The translations under genes were made by a program, and so were the position numbers. DNA of 64,000 nucleotides from NCBI RefSeq assembly GCF_009834535.1, contig NC_045696.1, positions 46,068,001-46,132,000 on the forward strand, in the 5' to 3' direction. Below, one piece after another: positions 50,110 through 61,589 of this stretch. The DNA is from Camelus ferus. Its lineage: Eukaryota. How positions within the stretch are numbered: the stretch's first letter is position 1; each line of letters begins with the position of its first letter. A model generated the notes under the pieces. That model searched no databases and was not told where the DNA came from. It saw only the letters and a program-made list of their open reading frames with translations.

Positions 50110-53100
50110 GAAAATCAAAACCATGTACCACATACACACAAACACATACACACAAACATACACAGTTTATGCAACATTAATAGGACTTTACTATTCAACT
50201 GTCATCCTTAGCATAACTACAATTTCAGGAGACTCCTGCCCAGGAAGGTAACATTGCAAATAGTTATACTGTTCATCCCAGGAATTTCTCTAAACTCCAT
50301 CAGTCCAACAGAAAATATCAATCAACAGTTCATACACAAAGACTCCTTCAATAATAAATGTATATGAAATAAATAGTTAAATGTATTACAGTTATAACAG
50401 TAACATCATAGTGAATGGAGAAGAGTTATTACCGAATAAAATGTACAAATGAATTAGAGTCCTTCTACTCATTCTTTCAATACAGTGTCTGACAATTCTT
50501 CCCACTTCTCAAAGGGGACCACTTAACTAGGATAATGGAAAAAAGGAAATATTTGCATTTTCTGAGCTCTGTACAGAGTTATTTTCCAGATACATTTTTG
50601 ATACAAACAAAGGCAGAGCCGATGGATATCCTCAGTCAAGTTCTATACTTGTGTCTATTCAATTATTAGCAATATGGGGATAATCTGATGATGATTTTTA
50701 ATATATTGAAATTTGTTAGGACAAGAAACAAGCACACATATACTAAGTGGTTTAATATACAATACATGTTAGTATTCACCCACCTTTCATTCTCCATCTC
50801 CTTTTTACTCATTCATTTCACCTAATCTCTCACCCTTTTCCTACCTCTAAGAGTCTTTCTGCCCTCTAGAAATTATAAACCATCATCAGTAAAATCATCT
50901 ATATCTTCAGTTTTCTTCTGGTTAGGCTCTTTACCTTCCTGCTTTAAATGAAACTTGGTGGTGTCCTGAGAACACCACTGACCCTTGATCCTCCTCTCAT
51001 ACTCTATCTTTGGTTCCTTAGATAAATCGCTAATTCCAGATCTAGAAAGAAAAAAATACACAAGATGATCCTAGAAATACCTTGTCAAACATGTAACAAT
51101 GAAGGTATCAAAGCCCACCAGGGTCATGAAAAAAAGATTCAAGAGCTACTTAAAGAGACATAAATGGTCAAAGATTGGAAAACTTGGGCATCACTAAGAA
51201 GAGTACCTACAATGAATGGAAGTACAACAAATATGTTTAAATCTATGATTTTGTAATTATACTAAAAAAAATATTTTGTCAAAATAGAAGAATATAAAGA
51301 TTATCTCATTGTTTCAAATACTGATAAAAAATAATTATGCATTTACATGAACTATACCATTGGTGTATCAAATACTAGATGAGGAGAAATTTGTTTATAA
51401 AAATGTTCTAAGGGATTTCCAGTCTCAGCCATGCATGATAAAGTACTGGTATTGAACAAAGCCTCTGCCAAGAACAACTATAAAAGCTGGATGGCATACA
51501 TAAATCAACTGTTTGAAGGACCTGGCAAGAAACCAGAATGGGCATGATTCTCTTAGTCCCTGAGAGAAGAGAAGCACATACGGTGAAACTACATTTGTGC
51601 TATGGCTTTTTTCTGAGGGCATTCCTTCTAGTTGTGATGGAGGGAATATAGCTCAAGCAGAAAGTGACAATCTTACTGGGCTGCAGGGAAAGATGTCTGA
51701 ATTCAAGACTGCCAGTGTGTCTTAGAATTGAACATCAAAATCCCAAACAGTAAAGTAATTGAGAGAAGGATCCAAAAATCTGCATTTGAATTCCCTTCAA
51801 CTCATGTTCATGTCTCATGGTGTTAAGATACATGGCAACACTAGCACAAATGGCAGCAGGTGGGTAAATGGAATTAAACTGCTGCGGTATTGGTCAGTAA
51901 CTGGTAAAGTTACTAAATTTAAGGCAGACCACAATAAAATATGGATATATAGTGTAATTATACAGAAAACACCAAAAATAATAATTTCCAAATTGTATAA
52001 CTGAAAATCCCTATAGAGGGAAAACAGAATAATGAACAATACCTGATTAATCTAAGGTATTTCAAGAAAAGAAAAATAAAGGATCAAAGAGCAGATGATA
52101 TATATCAAAAACAAATAATATGTTGTTAGACATAAACCAAACTATTTTAGTCAGTTTGGGCTGCTATAACAAAATACCATAGCCTAGATGGTTTATAAAC
52201 AACAGAAATTTATTTCTCACAGTTCTGAAGACTATAAGCCCCAGATCAGGGTGCTAGCATGGTTGAGTTCTGGTGAGAGCCCTCCTCCAGGTTGCAGAAT
52301 ACTGATTTCTTCTTGTATTCTCACATGGCAGAGATCAGAAAGGGGAAGCAAGTTCCCCCTAAGGGCACTAATCCCTTTCATGAGTGCTTTACCATCATGA
52401 CCTCATCTAATCCTAGTTACCTCCCAAAGATTCTACCTCCTAACAGCATCACATTAAGAGGTATGGTTTCAACATATGGATTTTAGGAGGAAACATTCAG
52501 TCCATAACACAAACTGTATCAGTAGTTATATGAGATGTAAATAGAACAAAGACTTCAATTAAAAGACAAAGACTGTTGGACTGAATTAAACCAAACCAAT
52601 AAGATTCAGCTATATGATGTTTATAAGAGACAGACTTTAAATATAAGAACACAGAAACCTTAAAAACAAAAAGAATGCAAAAATACATAGAATGCAAAAA
52701 CTAAACAAAAGAAAGCTACTACAGCTTTACTAATACCAAGCAAAGAAGACTGTATTACTAGAAATAGAGTGATATTTCAAAATCACAGAAGAGTCCATTA
52801 AACAGGAAGATAAAACATTCCTAAATTTGTGTCCCCTAATACATAAAGGCAAAAGAGACAAATCCACAATCATTCTTGGATATGTTGTAATAACTGACAG
52901 AATAATCAGCAAGAATATAGTCACTAAAGTCAACAACTGCAAAGTACAATTTTTTTTTTCAAATGCACTTAGATTTTCGCCAAAGTAGACCACAGCAATT
53001 GTTAACAAATTTTAAAGAACTGAAATCATAGAGTATGTTTTTTGACTGGAGTGAAATTAAACTAAAGGATAGTGACATAAACATAACTAGAAAAATTTCT

Positions 53101-53175
53101 CAATGTTTGGTAATTAAGCAATACACTTCTAAATAATGTATGAGTAAGAGAAAACAACTGCAATGGAAAACAGAA
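50110..53175 (+). mobile_element. Cluster of old L1M fragments, interrupted by an MLT1A LTR
   Basis: attccagatctagaaag, tggtcaaagattggaaaacttgggcatc, ORF2-like caattaaaagacaaagactgttggactg...ataagagacagactttaaatataa. Contains non-L1 gaps. Confidence 0.65.
52143..52509 (-). mobile_element. MLT1A-like MaLR solo LTR with 5-bp TSD
   Basis: ttagtcagtttgggctgctataacaaaataccat...aaacattcagtccataaca; TSD caaac at 52138-52142 and 52510-52514. Confidence 0.92.
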
Positions 53176-53343
53176 ATAAGTCCTTACTAAGTCACTTTCA
53201 TAAGTTGAATTGCTTTTGAATTGCTCATTTCATAAAACAGCTTTGGAAAAACATTAGAGGAAGCTTATGAGCTTACTCCACCTCTCCAATCTAAAATAGA
53301 CATTTTTTCCAGCTACAATTCCAGCCATTACTGGACTTGTATT

Positions 53344-53977
53344 TGTAAAGAACTATGAAGGACCTGAGATTTTACTATGCTCGCTACCTAACAAGTTAGG
53401 CTACCACAGTTTTAAAGGTGCTAGTGGAAGACATGAGACTCCTGGGTCAGAGCCAAAGGACTGTATTACTCACAGCACAGGGCAGCATGAGCTTCAAGTT
53501 TACATTGGTTCCCTGCCTCCCAAATCCCATGGGGATGAAATGGAGCATCTCAGGTGCATGCAGCTCAATGACCAGTGACCAACTCCCTGGTATGTCTCAA
53601 ACTGAGTGGTTCCTGGTATTCAGAACTTTATGCTGCAATCAGAAAGCTCAGGCAAACCAAGACAAGTTTGTCACCCGGTACACACAGAGTTTGTATCACA
53701 GCCCAGATGCCCTGAGCTTAGGAAACATCAAATTTTTAAAAAGAAAATTGCCAGCAAATTTTCCCAACCTTTGCTCCAGAAAGAGACACTATCTTTATTA
53801 TCCTGGACAACAAACAAATCTGCCCTTTGCCTCAGAGAGAGACACTATCTTTATCTTCCAAAACTGTTTGCCATACAAACATACTTAAAAAGATATTCTA
53901 GAACAGAAACTGCCAGTGTATCTGCTCACAAGACATGCAGAAATACAAGAGATTTGAGGAGGATTTGTCTTCCAAAA
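53344..53977 (-). mobile_element. MER76-like ERVL LTR
   Basis: gaagacatgagactcctgggtcagag, tttgctccagaaagagacactatct, ctgctcacaagacatgcagaaa match the recalled reverse MER76 consensus. Confidence 0.75.
53573..53677 (+). mobile_element. MER94-like hAT-Blackjack MITE inside the LTR
   Basis: Imperfect TIRs gtgaccaact...agtttgtcaccc with caggcaaaccaagaca. Confidence 0.6.
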
Positions 53978-54324
53978 CTATTCCTATAAATTGCAGTGTA
54001 ATTAAACTGCAGTCTTCTCTGTGATAATATATGTCTTGGCTTTGAAAATGAAAAGTCTATACTCTCCCATACTTGGTCAAGTCTCCTTTGTTAAGAACTC
54101 CACACAAAACATTTGCTCACTGTTTTTTTTCAATAGGAAGTTTGTGATAAAGGCACCTAAGTATACTGAAAAAAATGACCTACTTCTCAAGAATAAGTTG
54201 CTACTCTATCTCAGTAGCAAAGATTTAATAATAAAGAAATAGAGATATTCATTTCTATTGTTTCCATTATTTTAAGACATACTTACTAAATCCATTTTTT
54301 GGCATCTACGAAAAAAGATCAGAT

Positions 54325-54479
54325 GGGGCGGGTATAGCTCAGTGGTAGACTGTGTGCTTAGCATGCATGAGGTCCTGGGTTCAATCACCAGCACCTCCAA
54401 TGAATAAATGATCCTAACCACCATCCCCTAAAAGAAACAGTAACAAAAAAAGAAAAGAAAAGAGAGAAAACAAGAAAAG
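54325..54479 (+). mobile_element. tRNA-Ala-derived camelid-type SINE
   Basis: ggggcgggtatagctcagtggtagactgtgtgcttagcatgcatgaggtcctgggttcaat; A-rich tail; TSD core agatcaga at 54316-54323 and 54480-54487. Confidence 0.9.
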
Positions 54480-54892
54480 AGATCAGAGCCAAGAAAAAAG
54501 CAAGGGAATTTAGGAGTCGGGGGAAGTAAAGCAGAAAAAAACAAAGAACAAAAGAAACAAAAATGGTGTCCCTTTTGGGAAACAAAGTATATGCTATAAG
54601 ACTGAACTAACCTGGACTATATGGAGATGTGTGCAGTCGATTTCTCTGAACTTCATCAGCCTACAGGTTCTGGTGGCCCATATTAAATATAACCACCCAG
54701 TTTTCACTGATTGCTTCCCCTACCCAGGAGAATTTCTGGGAGATCCTAGGGTATGTTTCACAAGCTCTCACCATGCTCCACCATTTACCATCGGGATCCA
54801 TTGGATACCACTAGGTTTGTGAGACACGGGATCTCTCACCACAGCTGAAGACTGAGTCCCACAAGATACAAAGATTCATCATATTCTATTAC

Positions 54893-55475
54893 TGCATTAG
54901 TTTTCTCTTGCTGCATAACAAATCACTGCAAATGTCATGACTTAAAACAATACAAATAAATTCTATCACACTTCTATAGGTCAGAAGTCTGGCATGGCTC
55001 AACCGGGTCTTCTGCTGAGTGCCTCACAAGGCTGAAGTCAAGATATCCCTGAGGCTAGGCTTTTATCTCGAGGCCTTAGGAAAGAATCTGCTTCCAAACT
55101 CATTCAGATTGTTAGCCAAGTATGGGGTCCTTGCTTCTTTGCCAGCTGTCAGAAAGGGGCCACTCTTACATTCCTTAAGGCCACCTGCATTCCTTGGCAC
55201 AAGGCCCCCTTCATCTTCAATCCAGCAACAGTGCATCAAACCCCCCTTGTGCTTTGAATCTCTGACTTCCTTTTGTGCACTTACCTACAGAAAAATTCTA
55301 CCTGATAGGATCTGGCCCAGCTGGGTAATCTCTATACTTTAAGGTCAGCTAACTCGGGACTTAAATTACATCTGCAAAATCCCTTTAAAGATGCACCTAG
55401 ATAACTGAATGAGTAATCATGAGTCAGAAGTCTTGTGGGGTTGGGGTAAAGCATCTTTAGAATCCTGTTACCACA
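54893..55475 (-). mobile_element. MLT1-type MaLR solo LTR
   Basis: tgcattagttttctcttgctgcataacaaatcac...aagaatctgcttccaaactcattcag...aattacatctgcaaaatccc; flanks attac / cttac. Confidence 0.85.
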
Positions 55476-57249
55476 CTTACCACGTGGAGAAGAGTTTCTC
55501 TCACCTCTGCATCTCTTTAGAGAGCCCCAACAAAGCACTGTTTGTGCATCTATACTTGAGAGTTTTTAGAAAATCAAATCTTTTAGGGTTTAAGAGCAGA
55601 CTCATTGCTTTCCACAGGATTTAAACCTCAATCCAGTAGGGTCTTGCCTCCTAGCCAAATGAAAGTGAAAATGTTGATGCTGTATTCAGAATTACCCATC
55701 CACCCAGACAACTAAGGCTTTGTTACAGGGTCAAACTCTCCCCTTTGAGGACACATATTTTCTCAGAAATCTCCTTGGTCCATCAGAAAAACAAGTCGCT
55801 GGGGGAGATGGCCTTACCAGTACACCAGGCATGTCCAGACATGTCTGAATTCCAGCTGAGTCTGCAGCTTGTTCTCTTACATCTACATACTATTGATAGG
55901 GGATCTCGAGCTTAGCGTCAGTCAGGACACTGAGCACGCTGAGCTGCTGTTCTCTGCGGAAGAGAGAGAGACTGTTTCTCAATGAGCAGACAAATGTATG
56001 ACTTGCCATCTGAGACAAACAGGGATTTATGCTACGCTAGCTTACATGCTTCCTTCTGAGCAAGGCTCAGAGTCTTTGTGCTCCGAAAGGGTAAGGGCAA
56101 AGCAACAATGAACCAAACACATTTCCAGACAGGACAAGTAGAAAGATCATCAGTGCTGTTTCTGCAGGAAGGTCTGCAGGTACCAAATCAAGTACTCTAA
56201 GCAAGGACAGAGAACAGCGGAATCAAAGCAAGACTAGAGTTAGCATTATGGGAAGAAATGGTAGTGTCCTCTCCTTTCACTTTTTTCCATCCAGTTTGCT
56301 CTAGACACAGCCTAAATGTGAACTCTGACTGAACTGCGAAGGAGGCAGACAAAAATGTAAGGGGGGGAAGTTAAAGGACGCCAACCAATCTTTTAATTTT
56401 TTTCAACTTTGCTTATTAACAGGTGTCAGGTAACTTTATCTTTGATGGAAAGTAACTCCAAAAAGCAATAAGTTCCCAAGTCATATATAATGTCTGTGAT
56501 TTTTTTCAACATCTAAGATTCACATAATTCTGCTTATTGTCTGTTTGGTAACAAAAAAAAATCTTTCTGGTGTCTTGACTTCTGAAAAAATATGGGAAAA
56601 TAGCAAAGTGGATTGGTCAATTTGTTATACGTTTTTAGGGATTTGTTCCGTTACACCAACCAGTCAACAGACAGTTGATAAAATGAACCAACAAAAGTAA
56701 CAGAGAATTTAATTTCAGAATTTAATTTTCCTTTTACGAGTCTGAAGATTATATATGTAAGAGAATGATGCATATAAAGAGAGACACCTCCTGGGTTTAT
56801 AATATACTCACCCCCAAAATTAATAAAAAGCTCTGAGCAAGAACCAGTTTATGTGTTGACACTCAATCCAGAAATAAAAAAAGATAAAATCTCCTGAGAT
56901 TTTGTTTCTAACTCCAAGGACTCAAATAAGAAAAAAACAAAATGATGGATACATAGGCAAAAGGAAAGACTATTTTCTGTCTGTTTATAATTAAGGTAAT
57001 AAATGCACTTTCACAACTAGAAAGTTCAAATCAAATCTAAATTACTGATAGACAAGTATATACAAATAATTTCAATATTTATACTTAGTCATAGCTTCCA
57101 AAAAAGTATACAAGTATCGTAACTCAGGTAAAATTAGAAATAATAAACTAAATCACTTAAATCTTAGCTTCTGTTAACCATAGATAAAGACATAAGTGAT
57201 AGTATAAAGTATGATTTCTGGAAACTACAAAGAGGTCTTTGGAATGTGC

Positions 57250-57390
57250 TGATAAATATTGGGACTTACGTCGAGTAGACTTAAGTTTGGTGCTTTATTC
57301 TGCCTTCGTTTGGCTGTGTGGCCATAAGCAATTCTCTTAGTTCTGAGCTTCAGTTTCTCTGTCTACAAGGTGTAAATAACACCTTTCTTG
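57250..57390 (+). mobile_element. MIR fragment
   Basis: ggctgtgtggccataagcaa...tctgagcttcagtttctctgtctacaag. Confidence 0.6.
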
Positions 57391-59292
57391 ATTTTATACT
57401 GCATATATCTTCCATGTCCTCTCTTCCTTCATTTGTTCTAACATAATATGACAGAGACTGAGTGTATGTTTTTCAAACCCATTTCTTATTTCTGGGCCAA
57501 CAGCTAAACTCCACTTCCCAGCAGCCATGCATCTTGATGGCCCATGTGACCTGTCTCTCTAACAGAACATAAGTAGAAGTGATGTGTTTCATACAGTCCA
57601 AGGCAGTTTCTTTTCCCTTCACAATTCATACACTTAAGGTTTTTAGCTTCTAATATCATGTCACAGTATTTTCCTAAAGAATGTATTTTTTCAATGTAAT
57701 CTTAAACTCTTTTCAAATTTAAAATTGTCTCCAGTATTCTTAAAGCTGCATTTTATGACTAATGAAATTGAAATTGTTAAAATTTTAACTGAAAACAAAA
57801 GGAAAAGGAACAAATCCTAAGCTAAATGGGACACACAGACAACAGTGTAAACCAGGACTTTTCAAGGCAAACCAGAATAGTATGTACAACCTAACTAAAG
57901 AAACAGAGAGAGAGATCAAGAGATATTGATTTCCTACACAGATGTCAACCCTCCTCAGAAATGGAGGATATCATGTTTCTAATGGTGAAACATTAGAATT
58001 AAAAAGCAGGAGGCATTTGTATGAGAAAACAAATGATAATTTTACATCAAACCACTGCTGACAATCCTATTCTACTTCTTAAGAAATGAGTAAATTTACT
58101 GTATTCAGCCTTTTGCAGCCAATCATCCCCTGAGAAAAACAAAGCTGCTAAATAAGATTCCAAATAGATAGGGAGAAAAAACATAGCTGAGAAATACATT
58201 TACACCCGCCCCACAAAATAACGAGTGATGTGTTTTAGAGGAGATAGTGTCCTAACACAAATTTACTCCTCTTAAGTCAAAGCTTCCCCAAGAGCTAGTA
58301 TAAGGCCGCACTGGGGAACCAGTCGCAAGTCAAAGAAAGAATTGGGTGACAATTATTACTTCTTAACCCTTCAGGGAAAAAAAAAAAAATTCAAGTGGAA
58401 GCAGTCTTTTTCCAGTTCAGAACAAAGAGGCCTTTCCTCAAGGCATATTCTCAGTTTCTCCCCAAGGTTAGCTGTCCATGCTCATAAACACCCTCAAGAT
58501 CCACAGCTTAAAATGGTTACTCAGCTTCACAGAACCAGGTCAGAGAGAAAAGTATAAACTCTAACTATCCACTGAAATCGTCTCTGAATCCAGAATGTCT
58601 GTTTTCTCAGCACATTCTCACAGGAGGGATTATTTTCCTCAAGAACCACAAGAGGGAGTATTCTTACTTCTTTGCCACAGTCCATCTCTGACACCAGACA
58701 TATTACCCTTATGCTTGTCTGAAGATGATAAGACGTACTATTAAACACTAGGGAAGCTTCTCATCACTCATCTAAAATCCAAGTGATTATCTGTTTGTCT
58801 TTCATTGATTCATATTTATTATAGCCCGGGTATTTTCTTTGGCACTCTTGATAAGGGAGAAAGCAGACAGTATTTCATGCTGGTTCTTTCTCTTGTTTAT
58901 TACCTTGGGATTTTGACAGAGGATTTCTCCCAAATTGTGTTCAGCAAGTGCAAAGACAGCAATGGGTAATTCTCCCTAACTCAGAGGAAGGCAATTAATT
59001 ATCTAAAAATAATGATACTATTGCTTGGAGCTTAGCTGTTGGGTAGTCCCTAAGAGGTTAAAGGTAAAAGCAAGCCACAAACATGATTCTGTCAATTATC
59101 ATCACATGCCTGCCTACGAGATAAAGAAGTGGTAATTAATACTTTCTTCAATGACCAAAGTGTAGTGAGAATCAAGAAACTGCCAGTCTTATGTAAAATA
59201 CCAGTATTGCTTTGTAAGATACTTTGACTGTATTAGCCAAAGCAATTAAAACCAACTGCTAAAAAAAAAACCCCTCAGAATATCCATGGATT

Positions 59293-59298
59293 CACACA

Positions 59299-59340
<42 letters not shown>
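59293..59340. repeat. (CA)n microsatellite within an MLT1-like LTR relic
   Basis: CA run with one interruption; the flank has ctcagtcacatgatcaacctaattgcaaaggaggctag. Confidence 0.93.
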
Positions 59341-59342
<2 letters not shown>

Positions 59343-59899
59343 ACTTATTTCTCACTCAAGTTACTGATGGGAGTTGGGGGACTAGCATGGGCTGCTCTCT
59401 TTCAAGTGATAATTCAAGGATTCAAATTCCTTCCACTGTATAACTCCATCATCTTCCCACTGAATTCTCTCTTGGCTGATGAGCAAACAATGGCAACATT
59501 TTAGGGGACAGACCTGGAAACAGTATCTTTTACTTCTGTTCTCTAGCTATTGTCTCAAACTCAGTCACATGATCAACCTAATTGCAAAGGAGGCTAGAGA
59601 GCTTGGCTTCCTGTGTGCCTAGAAAGAGGATATGTACAGAATTACTGGGCTTCTAGACCAGGAGTTTTGCCAAAAGGTCTTTTAGCTTCAAGGAAAATGA
59701 ATTCCATCCTAACGCCTATCTGAAATTGTGCATACTCCTCAAATATAAATGTAGGTGTAGTGGACATTTGTGACATCCACTCAGTCCATCTAAATCCAGT
59801 GCATCTGAGGTAAACAGTTTCATGTATGTTGTCAGTGTCTCTCCTTAAATATGACATCTCTCTGCTTTTTTGCCTCAGGACTTTCTCTGAGGTCTTGGA

Positions 59900-60740
59900 A
59901 GTAACTCCATAGATGCTCAGAACACATAAAAGTGCAGAAATGTTAGTAGTCATGGGGACAACCCTTAAACAATGTTGAACAGGAGTTTTTATGTAAATAT
60001 ACTAGCGTCCAGTTCTTTAGCAAGACAATTCGGAGGCATATTCTACAAGGTTCTTCAGAGTTCACAAGTGGGACTGAGTCGCAGTTGTTCTCAACAATAA
60101 CCTGCACAGTAATATACCACTTGTTGACTTTTTTCCCTTTCCTGTTTCATTCTCTCCACTCTCTCACTTGTTTCCTGGGATTATGTCCCATATAAACCAC
60201 CTGCACTGAGTCATTGAGTCAGACTCTGCTTTCATGAAAACACAATTTAAGAGTTGGAACAGGAAGACTCCAGAAAACAACCACTTAGGATAAGATTTTG
60301 AAACTGAATTGCCCAACTGGCAGATAGCAACCACTGAGTGGGGAAAGTGTGAGAGGAGAGTTAACTCCTAGCATGCTGTGAGTCACAATAACTAAGGTTC
60401 TCAGCTGCAGTGTATAAGAATGAGGTCTAGGTAAAGGCAAAAGGTGGGCATATGCAGTATCTCTAACACTTGAGCAGTATGGGGGCAGATGTAATTAAAA
60501 GAATGGGGAGGGAGGGTATAAGCTCAGTGGTAGAGTATGTACTTAGCATTCACAAGGTCCTAGGTTCAATCCTCGATACCTACATTAATCTATCAATCAA
60601 TCAAATTCCTCCCTGCCAAAAAAATAAAACAGTAAAAAAAAAAATTAAATTTTAAATTTTAAAAAATGGAAACCGTTGGTAGATGGATTTTGCTAACTGC
60701 CTCAGAAGACTTGAAGAAAGACTGTTTTCTATCAACAGTT
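59900..60740 (+). mobile_element. LTR16-like 5' LTR followed by the start of ERV-L internal sequence
   Basis: LTR 3' end ttcctgggattatgtcccatataaaccacctgcac...cagactctgcttt, then agttggaacaggaag...gattttgaaactg. Confidence 0.65.
60505..60660 (+). mobile_element. tRNA-Ala-derived camelid-type SINE inserted in the ERVL relic
   Basis: gggagggtataagctcagtggtagagtatgtacttagcattcacaaggtcctaggttcaat; A-rich tail; flanks ttaaaagaatgg / ttaaaaaatgg. Confidence 0.88.
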
Positions 60741-60864
60741 TCTTCAAGGTGTTAGGCTTTCATTAGCACTCTGCTTGAGGTTCCAAAGCAATCCCTACAT
60801 GTTTTATGTTTCTTGTTATAGCAGCACCCCCAGTAGCATTTCTAGGTAACAAGTATCAAAATCT

Positions 60865-61378
60865 ATTCCATTTTATCTATCGCTAGATAGCAAATAACCC
60901 CAAATATAGAAGCTTCTAACAGCAATGTGTATTTTGCTTAAAACCAACAATTTGAGCAGGGCTGAGCTGGGACTGTTCATCTATACTCCACTCAGCTTTG
61001 GCTGAGGTAGATGGAAGGTTGGTGACTGGAATCATCTGAAGGCGTGCTCACTCTGATATCTGGTGGTTGATGCTGGAGTTCTCCTGGAAACTTGGCTGCA
61101 GATATCAGTTAAAATACCTACATGTGTTCTCTGCCCGTGCCCTCACCATATGGTGGCTGATTTCCAAGGGTAAGTTTTTCAAGAAAGAGAGTTATAAGAA
61201 AGCTGTATTGCCTTTTCTAGCTTGACCTTGGTATTGACACAGAATCACTTTTCAATTCATTCTCTCTGTTAAATGCAAGTCACTAGTACAAATTGAAAGC
61301 TATTCAAGGGGAGGGTAGTTAAAATGATCTTTTGATGAAAAGTGTTTTAAAAGTTTGTGGACATGTTTAAAAACCACA
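60865..61378 (-). mobile_element. MLT1-type MaLR LTR
   Basis: aatttgagcagggctgagctggg...gactggaatcatctgaaggc...tctggtggttgatgctgg...tttaaaaaccaca. Confidence 0.75.
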
Positions 61379-61589
61379 ACACGCACAAATATATTCTTAA
61401 CATGAAACAAATAATTTATCCTATGTCCCAGTGATCTGACTGGCAGCTTATATTAATGCAACTACTACTAATAATACTTTGTTACATATAAAAATCTGCA
61501 GCAAATACTAAACTCAGCAGGATACAGAGGATTTTCCATGAACTTTTCAACAGCATAATATTTTTCAAACTTTACATGTCTTAAAAAAA

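Noticed and set aside
53418..53989. Longest ORFs in the track (156 and 127 aa)
   Set aside because: Almost wholly inside a MER76-like LTR with a nested MITE, non-ATG starts, no domain similarity.
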